Origin: Candidatus Calescibacterium sp.
GTDB taxonomy: Bacteria > Calescibacteriota > Calescibacteriia > Calescibacteriales > Calescibacteriaceae
Assembly: GCA_025060505.1 (NCBI GenBank)
Contig: JANXBU010000005.1
Coordinates: 86,910 to 150,909 of the forward strand
DNA length: 64,000 bases
Direction of reading: 5' to 3'
Shown: positions 38,050 to 47,792 of the stretch, one piece after another
How positions within the stretch are numbered: the first letter of the stretch is position 1
Layout: each line of letters starts with the position of its first letter
Notes under the pieces: model-generated
Seen by the model: only the letters and a program-made list of their open reading frames with translations
Told to the model about the DNA's origin: nothing
The model's database searches: none
Translations under genes and position numbers: made by a program

Positions 38050-38835
38050 ATGTCCGAAATTTTCTTTCACCTTGGAATTGGAAAAACTGGAACTAAATTC
38101 CTACAATATGATTTCTTTCCGTTCCTAAAGAACACAATGTACATACACAGATGGAGAATCCAAAAAGCAACAGAATTTATCTCATCAATCAAATCATCAA
38201 AAATACCTAAAAAAATTCTTTACTCCGGGGAATATGATGTTGAAATAGAAAAAATCGTAAAGCTTATATCAAAATCTTTCCCTCATTCCGGAATAATACT
38301 TGTTTTCAGAAGACAGGATGAATGGATTTTATCTCAATACAAAAGATTTATCAAAAACGGCTACCACCTGAAATTTAAAGATTTCTTCAATCTTAAAGAT
38401 GGCTTTTACTACAAGCCAAATGATTTATTTTTCTACCCCAAAATAGAGCTTATCTTATCGGAAATGAAAAAAGAACCCCTTTTCCTAAACTATGATTCAT
38501 TGAAATCAAAAGGTATTGACTTTCTGTCAAAAATATCAAAATACATTGGAGTTGATTTTTTTCCGGTCAGACTTAAGAGAAGGCATACTTCTTATTCTGA
38601 AAAACAGCTCAAGTACTCTTACATATTCTCAAAGTTTCTGAAATTCACTCCATCAGAAAGTATACTAAAGAGATTCACCTATGTTTTACCAACAAGGTAT
38701 TCAATTCTGTATCTTGGAGCTCTGTTGCCATCACCCAATTACGATCATATATTTCCTTCAGAACAGGAACTTGAAGAGATAAGAGAATTTTATAGAGAAG
38801 ATTGGGAAAAGTGTTTATCAGCCTTTGCCCTCTAA
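38050..38835 (+). CDS. Sulfotransferase-family protein (putative), paralogue of 15119-16183
   Basis: 261 aa. N-terminus FFHLGIGKTGTKFLQ parallels IHIGYPKTGTTALQ in the other copy. The 3' end overlaps the convergent thiolase gene by 18 nt. Confidence 0.45.
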   Translation: MSEIFFHLGIGKTGTKFLQYDFFPFLKNTMYIHRWRIQKATEFISSIKSSKIPKKILYSGEYDVEIEKIVKLISKSFPHSGIILVFRRQDEWILSQYKRFIKNGYHLKFKDFFNLKDGFYYKPNDLFFYPKIELILSEMKKEPLFLNYDSLKSKGIDFLSKISKYIGVDFFPVRLKRRHTSYSEKQLKYSYIFSKFLKFTPSESILKRFTYVLPTRYSILYLGALLPSPNYDHIFPSEQELEEIREFYREDWEKCLSAFAL

Positions 38836-40035
38836 TATAAAAACAACAGCTCCGTTGAGCATTCCATGTTCCGCTTGAACCAATCCGAGATCACATTTAC
38901 CTTTCTTTTGCGCTTCACCAGCCTCACCTCTAAGTTGTCTGACAACTTCTGCAAACTCTATTAAGGGAGTAGCACCAGCTGGATGACCAAAAGCAATTCT
39001 TCCCCCAGTTGGATCAACATATAAAGAAGAGTCAATACCAACTTTTCCTTCCTTGAATGCATAAACAGATTTTCCCTCATCAAAAAATCCTATATCTTCA
39101 AGTATAGTTAGCTCCGTCGTTGAAAAAACACCATATATTTCAGCAACATCTATATCAGATCTCCCAACACCCGCTGATTCAAAAGCTTCTTGAGCTGCTT
39201 TTGATACCGCTTTAGACTTATATCCACTGTATTCAAACTGACTTGGTAAAAAAGATGTTGGAGTATGATATTCACCATATCCCCTTATCTGGACTCTCCT
39301 TCTTCGGTTTCCCCGAGACTTCTCAAATCTTTCGGAAGATAGAATAACACAAGCAGCACCCGATGCGAAAACAGAACAGTCATAAAGATACAGTGGGGGA
39401 CATATCTCCTTAGATCTCGTCACATCATCAGGAGTTATAAGCTCTCTCAAAAGAGCCTTTGGATTCCTTGATGCATTTTCTCTCAACCGAACAGCAACAT
39501 AATTCAAATCATCTCTGCTAACCTTGTGCTCATACATATATCTTTGCCCAGCCATAGCGTAGTAAGGTATTGGAGCACCTATGCCATACAGAGCATCATA
39601 CGGACCATACAAGTTCACCTGAGACATAGCCACAGAGTATATAAAGTGATTGAAGTCCATACTTTCAAGTGGTCTATCTGATCTCTCATCAATTCCAATG
39701 ACCGCAACAAGATTGCATCTGCCAGATATAATCTCAAGCATGCCGTATCTTATTGCAAGAGCGGCGGTGCTTCCACCATTCTCTACCATTACTTCTGTTT
39801 TGAGCTCCTTCCCAAGGTAGTGTCCCATATGATGCGCATGCATAAAATAGTTTATACCAATGCTTCCAAGAACTGGTGGAGTAAAGACCATACCATCAAG
39901 ATCATCAGCTGAAACTTCGGCATCTTCAAGAGCTTTTTTCAGGACTTCAAGTATAACATCTTTATATGGAACTCCAAACCTCTCCTTAACAACTTCTTTG
40001 TAAAAGGCTCCAGCTACGTATACATTCATTTTCAA
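38818..40035 (-). CDS. Thiolase-superfamily protein (SCP-x / archaeal-type acetyl-CoA acetyltransferase-like)
   Basis: 405 aa. MNVYVAGAFYKEV...; the thiolase active-site context (...NGGSTAALA..., ...GHPAGATP...) is present. Confidence 0.7.
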   Translation of the reverse strand: MKMNVYVAGAFYKEVVKERFGVPYKDVILEVLKKALEDAEVSADDLDGMVFTPPVLGSIGINYFMHAHHMGHYLGKELKTEVMVENGGSTAALAIRYGMLEIISGRCNLVAVIGIDERSDRPLESMDFNHFIYSVAMSQVNLYGPYDALYGIGAPIPYYAMAGQRYMYEHKVSRDDLNYVAVRLRENASRNPKALLRELITPDDVTRSKEICPPLYLYDCSVFASGAACVILSSERFEKSRGNRRRRVQIRGYGEYHTPTSFLPSQFEYSGYKSKAVSKAAQEAFESAGVGRSDIDVAEIYGVFSTTELTILEDIGFFDEGKSVYAFKEGKVGIDSSLYVDPTGGRIAFGHPAGATPLIEFAEVVRQLRGEAGEAQKKGKCDLGLVQAEHGMLNGAVVFILEGKG

Positions 40036-40070
40036 TGATTATACAGAAAAATCGAACGATTGTTCAAATT

Positions 40071-41585
40071 TCAACTATTTTCCACTTTTGCTTCCAGATA
40101 GTCTTTACTCTTATTTTTCGTCAGCAACTTTGCAAAAAATAAAGTTATAGCGAAAGAAAATACTACAACAAACATCATCAGAACAAATTCCAGCAAGCGC
40201 GAGAATACATAGTTCTTCCAAAGGAATATGTATCCGGAACAAAATAACAAAGTTATCAAAGAAGGAAGCAAAGTTATCTTCAATCCATCAATGAAACTCC
40301 TAAAGAAAATCTCTTTCTTATCTGAATTAACAATCAAAGGAATAAATCCGAATAATGCGGAAACAGATGATGCAAGAGCTATTCCACTGTGTTGCATTCC
40401 CAAGAGAATAAAAATTACACACAAAACAGTGTTTGAAACGAATGAAAAAACCCCAGCTATAACAGGAACTTTAAGCTTTCTTGTTGCTTGAAAATCTGAA
40501 ACGAGTATTCTCGATATGGCAACCGGTAAAAGCCCCAGAGAATACATAGATAGAGCCTTTGAAGTTTCAACAACATCTTGAGCAGTAAACTTTCCGTAAC
40601 CAAAAACGAGATTAATTATTGGTTCAGATAGAACAAAAAGTCCAACAGTAGCTGGAATTATAATAAGAGTTGTAATATATACAGATGTTGAAAAACTCTT
40701 GGTACTTTTTTTACCTGCAAGAAAAGGTAAAGCAACATAAGATATTGAATAAACAAAAACACCAAGTGGAAATTCAAAGAATCTTGAAGCATATGTTATG
40801 AATGAAACAGTTTTCTCTCCACCGAACGAGGCTATTGCTCGTGAAACCAGAAAATTTATCTGATATATAGCTCCTCCTACTATTACAGCAGGTATGGCAG
40901 TCCATATCATCTTTGAGTACTCTGTATTCCTGAAGGTAAAACCAATTCTCGTTATCTTTGATGAACTCCAAAGATTGATAATATTCTGAAATATAACTCC
41001 CAAAAACACACCAAAAATAAAACCCAACTCTGGTCTACGGTATAAGTAGTAGAAAGAAACTATGCCTGCTATATTTATCACATTGAATATAAACATTGTA
41101 GAAGCCGGAACACCAAAAACATAGAATGAATTTAAGAAAGCTGAAAGAACAGTAGCAACAGATATGAATAAGATATATGGCGATAGCGTTGATATGAAAA
41201 AAGATGAAAGGTCTTTAGCATTCTCCTCAAAACCCGGCGCTAAAATAGCTGTTATGTAATCTGAGAACACTATAAGCACAAAAGATACTATTCCTGTTAT
41301 CAAGGAAATCTGACCCAAAGAAGACGAAAGTGCATCTTTTATTTTTCCATCTTCTTTTGCTTTAACAAAAGCTGGAACAAACGCTGGAGCTACAAGACCT
41401 TCCGCAAGAAATCTTCTGAGAGTATTTGGAACAGCCCAACCAACAAAAAGAGCATCTGTAATGTAATTTGCACCAATGAAAATAGCTATTGACATCTCCC
41501 TGAAAAGTCCAGTTATTCTGCTCAACAAAATAAAGAAGGAGACCTTACCAGCACCCTTTATCAATACTTCAGATTCGTCTGACAT
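40071..41585 (-). CDS. murJ: Lipid II flippase MurJ (MviN)
   Basis: 504 aa, ~14 TM. N-terminus ...SFFILLSRITGLFREMSIAIFIGANYITDALFVGWAVPNTLRRFLAEG is the MurJ/MOP signature. Confidence 0.85.
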   Translation of the reverse strand: MSDESEVLIKGAGKVSFFILLSRITGLFREMSIAIFIGANYITDALFVGWAVPNTLRRFLAEGLVAPAFVPAFVKAKEDGKIKDALSSSLGQISLITGIVSFVLIVFSDYITAILAPGFEENAKDLSSFFISTLSPYILFISVATVLSAFLNSFYVFGVPASTMFIFNVINIAGIVSFYYLYRRPELGFIFGVFLGVIFQNIINLWSSSKITRIGFTFRNTEYSKMIWTAIPAVIVGGAIYQINFLVSRAIASFGGEKTVSFITYASRFFEFPLGVFVYSISYVALPFLAGKKSTKSFSTSVYITTLIIIPATVGLFVLSEPIINLVFGYGKFTAQDVVETSKALSMYSLGLLPVAISRILVSDFQATRKLKVPVIAGVFSFVSNTVLCVIFILLGMQHSGIALASSVSALFGFIPLIVNSDKKEIFFRSFIDGLKITLLPSLITLLFCSGYIFLWKNYVFSRLLEFVLMMFVVVFSFAITLFFAKLLTKNKSKDYLEAKVENS

Positions 41586-41698
41586 TTAAACTAATTGTAA
41601 AATTTTTAGGCTCAAAGCAATTTTGAGAGTTTTCAGCAAATTCCTATACAAATATACAAAACACAGCGAACAAATCAAATTTGCAATAAACAAATTAG

Positions 41699-42496
41699 AT
41701 GATAACAATTGTTAGAATGAAAAGTATGTTTAAGAAGAAACAAGAATATGAACCAGTAATAGCAAAAGGTAAAAAGAGAGAATTCTTAAAAGATAGCCTT
41801 TTTGATATAGGAGAAAATATTCTAGACTTCGTATTTGAGAGATGGAAAGAGATACTTTCTGTATTGGTTTTTGCCTTAGCATCTGTTCTTATAGTTTCAC
41901 TTATATTGAGCAGGTCGAGTCAGAAAAAACTTGAAGAATTTATGAATTTTGAAAGAGCGTCAAATATAGTGGCATTTGCACCAAATGATATCACACAAAT
42001 CCAAAATGCTCTGAGCCTTATTCAGAACGCAAAAGAACCACAGCACATATCAAATATATACAAAGCTTGGATGTTGTTCAAACTTGAAAGAAAAGAAGAA
42101 GCTGTAAATGAGCTTTCACAGATACTGAACAACGAAAAAGCTCCTGCTGACGCAAGAAAATTAGCCGGAATAATGAAAATAAATATAGTTGGAGATTGCA
42201 AAGAAGTAATCAAGACCTATGAGATACTAAACTCACTAATACCAAGACATGATCCTACCAAAAAGGATGAGAGTAAAGGTTATATCTCAACAATACCTAT
42301 AAGAACACTTTTTGAAGTTGCAAAATGCGCCAAAGATAGACCAGATATAATTCAGAAAATTCAGGTAGAACTCGACAATATGTATCTCATAGAACAGTTC
42401 CTCGCTCCAGAACGTGCCAAAAACATACTCATCGCAAAACAAACAATAAATGAGATTGTATCAAAAAGCAAACAGCCAAATCAAGAAAACAAATAA
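41699..42496 (+). CDS. Hypothetical membrane-anchored protein (single TM, helical/TPR-like C-terminal region)
   Basis: 265 aa. TM at ILSVLVFALASVLIVSLIL. Rest predicted helical. Confidence 0.4.
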   Translation: MITIVRMKSMFKKKQEYEPVIAKGKKREFLKDSLFDIGENILDFVFERWKEILSVLVFALASVLIVSLILSRSSQKKLEEFMNFERASNIVAFAPNDITQIQNALSLIQNAKEPQHISNIYKAWMLFKLERKEEAVNELSQILNNEKAPADARKLAGIMKINIVGDCKEVIKTYEILNSLIPRHDPTKKDESKGYISTIPIRTLFEVAKCAKDRPDIIQKIQVELDNMYLIEQFLAPERAKNILIAKQTINEIVSKSKQPNQENK

Positions 42497-42651
42497 GAAC
42501 AATCCGAACAAAAAAATTGAAGATAACACAAGAAACAAATGATAAATTCTCAGAAATACTTCCTGAACTCTCACCAAATCAAACTTAACCCAAAAAATCT
42601 TCAAATTTACAATAGACCAGAATAAATCCTATAATCTGAAAGAGAGAAAAA

Positions 42652-43791
42652 ATGAAAATAAAAGAAAGAAAAACATTTAGCCTAAAAAATACCTTCTGCA
42701 TTTTTGTATTAGCTATTCTGTTGAACATCAAATACTCTTATGCAATAGAACTATATCTTGACTTTTTCACAAGACCCACTAAAGCGGAAAATGTTCTCCT
42801 ACAAACACCGGAATATTACGATGGAAGATTCTTTTTTATACAAGATGGAAAAATGTTCCTATTTGAGAAGAACAGAATACAAAATCCAATAGAAATCACA
42901 ATCGGGCAAACTCCAATGAGTGAAATATACCGCTCAAAAAATTTTCTATTCTGTTCAGATGATAGCAAAGTTGTTGAAATAAGTAGATATGGTGTAGAAA
43001 AAGAAGAAGATATACCATTCCCATGTATAACTCCGCCCGTGCAAATCAACGGAAAAATTTACTCAGTTGATCTCAAAGGTAATGTTTGCTATATCTCGGA
43101 ATCAGAAAAAAAATGCATAAAACTCAGAGAAGAAAAATTCGGAGAAATAAAACTACTTGAAATATCTGATCCAAAAATTCTTGAATACAAAAAAAATATA
43201 ATAGTTCCTTACGAAAACGAAATATTCATTGTTTCAGAAGACCTACGAGTAAGATACAAAGTTTTGGAATTCGAAAAATCAAATCGTATCAACTCAATTT
43301 CTGTAATCGGAAACAAACTGTATGTTTCTACAAAAAATAGTATATCGGTATTTAACCTACAAAAAGAAGGAGAAGTAATAAAAACCATAGAAATTTCAAC
43401 TACAAAAATTGAAGAAATAACCGGAGCGGATTTCACAGAAGATCTGATTGTCTTTACTTACAAACAAGGATTCGGTGTGATCAGAAACGGTAAAATATTT
43501 TTAAAACCCATAAAAGGTATAATAGATATATCGTATCCAGCAATACAAGGCGAAAATCTTTTCTTTATTGCCCAATTTGGAGAAAAAGTAGGAAGAATAT
43601 TTGGTCCAAGAAAAAATTCACTTATTGTTGTATCACTGAAAGATAAGAAACCAAAAATAAAGAAAGAGTATATACTGCACGCATTCTCAAGAAAAATAAA
43701 AATATCCGGAAGCAGGTTATATTTTCTAACCGATGATTCAACATTATATGTTTTCAGAATTTTCTCTGGAAAAGAAGAAAATTTATTGTAA
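42652..43791 (+). CDS. Hypothetical secreted protein (probable beta-propeller)
   Basis: 379 aa. Signal peptide FCIFVLAILLNIKYSYA. Repeated beta-strand-rich segments. Confidence 0.4.
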   Translation: MKIKERKTFSLKNTFCIFVLAILLNIKYSYAIELYLDFFTRPTKAENVLLQTPEYYDGRFFFIQDGKMFLFEKNRIQNPIEITIGQTPMSEIYRSKNFLFCSDDSKVVEISRYGVEKEEDIPFPCITPPVQINGKIYSVDLKGNVCYISESEKKCIKLREEKFGEIKLLEISDPKILEYKKNIIVPYENEIFIVSEDLRVRYKVLEFEKSNRINSISVIGNKLYVSTKNSISVFNLQKEGEVIKTIEISTTKIEEITGADFTEDLIVFTYKQGFGVIRNGKIFLKPIKGIIDISYPAIQGENLFFIAQFGEKVGRIFGPRKNSLIVVSLKDKKPKIKKEYILHAFSRKIKISGSRLYFLTDDSTLYVFRIFSGKEENLL

Positions 43792-43954
43792 TCTTCTCTA
43801 TTGCAAACAATTGAAAATTTCATGGAGTAAATAACACATAAATCCTACCGCAATAATCACAACTACTTGCTCCATTTCAAAATTTACTCCGCAAGAATGT
43901 GAAAATTAAAGAACTCCCACAAATTTCCTTTTGATAGGGAATAAAGAAATAGAA

Positions 43955-46900
43955 TCATCTACCAAATCTGTAATTTACGACAATCCTACATATCTCAGGT
44001 GTTACCAAAGGATCTCCGGACCTCAGATTAGCTCTCCACATAAGTGAAGTTCCAGTAGAGCCAAAAGGAAAGAAACCGGAATTTGGAGGAACATCTACCC
44101 AAGTCGCTCCGCCATTATTTGAAAGTTGAAAAGAAACATTACAACCAACCTTATCACAGTTCAAAGATTGAGACTCACAGAAAGAAACAACGAGTTGAGC
44201 ATCTTTTATTGAAACTTTAAGATCTGGTGTTAGATTCTTTGATTTCGCTTTAGATTCCGAAAGATACATGAACTTCTCCCGAGCAAACCTTATTACCTTT
44301 GCCTTACCATCTTTATCAGCAACAACGGCCAGCGGTCCAAAAATACCTCCTTGCGAAGATTTCACCGCCGATGACCAAACCTCTCTCAATCTATCAATAT
44401 AAGTATTATCTACCAAAGTCGTGTAATCATCTCTGAGCAACAATGTGTAATAACCGAAGTTTTTAACACCTACAACCTGTGATAGCGGAACCGTTCCTAT
44501 TTGAGCCAATCTACCGAAGATAATTTGACTAACATCATAAGCTATAAGTCCAGATATACTCTGAGCTGTGAGCAAATACCTTCCAAAAGGTACTATCTCA
44601 TAAACAGAAGCGGAGACAAGATTATCAAGTAATAAAGAAAGTGCACCTTGTCCTATTCTCAAAGCAACGACTTTTGAATTTCTTGTTGAGACATAAACAA
44701 TATCTCCGGAGTAATCTATATCGTAGGCCTGAACATCATATCTTACAACAGAGCTCTCAGAGAGATTTGCTATATCAGAAAGTGGTACCACAAAAACAGA
44801 ATTTTCCCCCGCAACAAGAGCATGATCACCCCAAGCAACTATTTCTCTTATCCTAACACCGGAGCGAATCAAACCGAAATCAATAGCCTTTATCTGACTT
44901 ATAGATCCAAAAGGTAGGAACTTAAATATTCTCAGAATATTACCATCGCCAACAAGCAGTTTGTTTCCCCAAACAAGATAAGAATGCGGATCTGATATGG
45001 GAGAATTGACAGATGTTAGCACCTTTGGGTTGAACGGATCAAGTATATCATATATGTTTATTCTATTACTTTTAACAGTACCAGCAACAAGTCCATCAAC
45101 AAAGACTGTTCTCACAGAAGTATCAAAAACGGAAAGCTCACTCGCTCTTGAAGAAGGAGCAGCAATTTTGTAAACAAAAAGACCAGAGTTTCCATCACCC
45201 ACAAGAAACCTGTCTCCATAGGGTAGAATATAGAAAGATGGTCCCCTGTTATTCTGATATAAAACAGAAGGATTCTCAGGATCGCCAACATCTAATATCT
45301 TTACACCTTGATTATCTGCTACAAGAAGATATTTTTCCCAAAGTTCAATGTGATTTACAGGAATACCAGAACTCAGAAGAACAGATGATATCTGCTGAAC
45401 ATTCGTTGGGTAAGATATACTCATAAGATAGATATTTCCATTGTTCGTCCCAACAGCAACATAAGGGAAGAAAATTTTAACTGCTGTAGCTATCTCTCCG
45501 GAACCGAGAAATGAAGAGAAAGATGTAACACCTTGTGGAGTAGAAGGTTTCTCTATTGAAATAAGCCGAAGTCCCCCTGCACCTTCTGCAACCGCAACAA
45601 TATTGCCAAAAACATCTAAAAAGTTTGAAATAGCTCCTCCACCAGATGGACTTATACCACCTTCTCTTTCAAATGAAACTGATCTTGTAGCTGTTGTTTG
45701 ATTATGTGTCATCCGAACTAAAACAACACCTGCGTTTCCAGCAGAAACTACTAAATATCTACCCCATACTTTTATCTGATTTGCCTGATTCTGTGGAATA
45801 GCAAGATCTGTTGTAAGTGAGGCATTTCCTACCCTTCTGGGAGAGCGCGGATTTGATATATCATAAGCTTCCAATGTAGAGTTTGTCAGCAAAAGTAATA
45901 TATCGTTCCACAGCTCAGCAGAACGAACCTGAGTGTTCTGAATCTGAGAAACTATACCCGGTGCAGCCGGAGATGAAATATCAATAATTTTAACACCAGT
46001 TCCCTGATCTACAATTATCGCCAACTTTCCGTATACATCAATATCAATTGTTCCGGTTCCCTGAGTATCAGCACTACCATCTTCTGTAATTGAGTCTCTT
46101 TTGATTGTAAGCTTTCCTCCGCCCCAGGAAGCATCTGTTTCTTTTTCATCCATATTATCTTGATTTACGAAAGTCTCAACATATCTTCCAGAAACTTCGC
46201 AGTCAGATTTCTTAACCTCTGTTTTGTTTCCAGCCTGATCTATACCACAGTAGAAAACAAAAGATGGAACATCTATCACTATTCCTGTAACAGGGACTGT
46301 TCCAGAAAGTATCTCGGGAGATGTAGCAGAGCAAGTATCCATACCGCATCCTGGGAGCTCCTTATCACATATACGCCATAGAACTCTGACCCTTTCCTCA
46401 TTTGATTTTATTGTTGCAGAAATAGGTCCAGCATCTGAAAAGCAGCTTGCAGGCTCGAGAGAAACATCCGGTGCATTTAAATCTATTGTAAAGTCAGCTC
46501 TTCTCTGCTCATCAAAAAGCCCACCTTTGAATGCTCTGAACAGAACAATATTCTTACCTTCTTTATCAAGCGTAATCTCACACGGAGATTGACAAGAGTT
46601 AGAGAAAGCAGTTGTTGCATCTGGAAAACTCACATTGTAACTTATAGTAGCATCTTGAGGTATTGAGTAAATTCTAACTTTCAGAGGAACGCTATCTTTT
46701 CCAAAAATTCCACCTGTTGGAACAGCATATGCAAAAGGTCTATCTCCTATAAGAACAATCGTTGTCTTCACTACCTCTTTATTACCAGCTAAATCTTTTG
46801 AGAAGAACTTTAATATTGTATGGCTTCTCACAGCAATATCAGCTGAGTCCTTACCTTTGTATGTATTGCCCCCAGCTTCAACGAGAGCTGAGACATCATC

Positions 46901-47725
46901 TTTTGGTTCAACACCATCGATTGACCAAAAGATCTCTGTCTGAGGTGATTTATCGTCAACAGCTATTAAGCTTACAGTAGTCTCTCTCTTACATCTGACA
47001 ACCTCCTTTGGGTCTTTATCACATCCAGATATACAAGTACAATCCTCTATTCCCAAAACTCTTGTGTTCGGCGCATTTTTATCAATATAGTATTCTTGTT
47101 TTATTATTTCAGATTTTATTCCTATAGCTTTATCTTCTGAATAGACTTGCAAGATTGTATCATCTTTGATGTCAAGAATGAAACCATCCTCTACTTTTTC
47201 CTTTGGCTCAGATCCATCTGTAGAGTAATACAAGAAACATGGCTTATTACAACCAATAGCAACAGTTATCTCTTTTGAATAAAATCCTCCCGGCGGTGTG
47301 ATGTTTATAAAAGGAACAAGTATAATTTCGTATCTGGAAGAAGTTATAACCTCCTCTCCGTCTTTTGATTTAGCAAATATCTTCAGGAAAAAAATTCCTG
47401 ACGTTGAGCCTTCGGTGAATTCAGGAGTAACAGGAATAGTCAGAGGTTTTCCAGCTTCAGCTAATGCTTTGAAAACAAATTCTCTCTCACATGGCTTTGG
47501 ATTATCTTTTTCTCTTACCGTATAGCACAAATCAGCATCTTTATTAACCTCAACTGTGACATAAAATGTGCTGTACTGAGGATAGGAACCCTCACGCGGC
47601 GAAATCTTTACAAACAAAGAACCTTGAGATAAAGTTTCATTGTTTTTACTTTTACATGATACAATAACTATGAAAGCCAAAGCGAAAAGAACATAAACTA
47701 CCAGTCGTTTGCCTATTTCCTGCAT
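43955..47725 (-). CDS. Large cell-surface protein with LVIVD-type beta-propeller repeats
   Basis: 1256 aa. Signal peptide then lipobox-like IVSC. Multiple LVIVD-like repeats: GKLAIIVDQGTGVKIIDISSPAAP, RYLVVSAGNAGVVLVRM, KYLLVADNQGVKILDVGDPENP, DRFLVGDGNSGLFVYKI, NKLLVGDGNILRIFKF. Confidence 0.6.
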   Translation of the reverse strand: MQEIGKRLVVYVLFALAFIVIVSCKSKNNETLSQGSLFVKISPREGSYPQYSTFYVTVEVNKDADLCYTVREKDNPKPCEREFVFKALAEAGKPLTIPVTPEFTEGSTSGIFFLKIFAKSKDGEEVITSSRYEIILVPFINITPPGGFYSKEITVAIGCNKPCFLYYSTDGSEPKEKVEDGFILDIKDDTILQVYSEDKAIGIKSEIIKQEYYIDKNAPNTRVLGIEDCTCISGCDKDPKEVVRCKRETTVSLIAVDDKSPQTEIFWSIDGVEPKDDVSALVEAGGNTYKGKDSADIAVRSHTILKFFSKDLAGNKEVVKTTIVLIGDRPFAYAVPTGGIFGKDSVPLKVRIYSIPQDATISYNVSFPDATTAFSNSCQSPCEITLDKEGKNIVLFRAFKGGLFDEQRRADFTIDLNAPDVSLEPASCFSDAGPISATIKSNEERVRVLWRICDKELPGCGMDTCSATSPEILSGTVPVTGIVIDVPSFVFYCGIDQAGNKTEVKKSDCEVSGRYVETFVNQDNMDEKETDASWGGGKLTIKRDSITEDGSADTQGTGTIDIDVYGKLAIIVDQGTGVKIIDISSPAAPGIVSQIQNTQVRSAELWNDILLLLTNSTLEAYDISNPRSPRRVGNASLTTDLAIPQNQANQIKVWGRYLVVSAGNAGVVLVRMTHNQTTATRSVSFEREGGISPSGGGAISNFLDVFGNIVAVAEGAGGLRLISIEKPSTPQGVTSFSSFLGSGEIATAVKIFFPYVAVGTNNGNIYLMSISYPTNVQQISSVLLSSGIPVNHIELWEKYLLVADNQGVKILDVGDPENPSVLYQNNRGPSFYILPYGDRFLVGDGNSGLFVYKIAAPSSRASELSVFDTSVRTVFVDGLVAGTVKSNRINIYDILDPFNPKVLTSVNSPISDPHSYLVWGNKLLVGDGNILRIFKFLPFGSISQIKAIDFGLIRSGVRIREIVAWGDHALVAGENSVFVVPLSDIANLSESSVVRYDVQAYDIDYSGDIVYVSTRNSKVVALRIGQGALSLLLDNLVSASVYEIVPFGRYLLTAQSISGLIAYDVSQIIFGRLAQIGTVPLSQVVGVKNFGYYTLLLRDDYTTLVDNTYIDRLREVWSSAVKSSQGGIFGPLAVVADKDGKAKVIRFAREKFMYLSESKAKSKNLTPDLKVSIKDAQLVVSFCESQSLNCDKVGCNVSFQLSNNGGATWVDVPPNSGFFPFGSTGTSLMWRANLRSGDPLVTPEICRIVVNYRFGR

Positions 47726-47792
47726 AGTTAAAATATTTATTTAACGAAAATAGCAAAAAATTTAAACGAAAATCTTATCTTCAAAGAAAATT

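Noticed and set aside
43792-43954. Inverted repeats (ggagtaaat / atttactcc) in the convergent spacer after 42652-43791, considered as a bidirectional terminator
   Set aside because: The stem is AT-rich, the loop is ~45 nt and no U-tract follows on either strand. Too weak to call a terminator with confidence.
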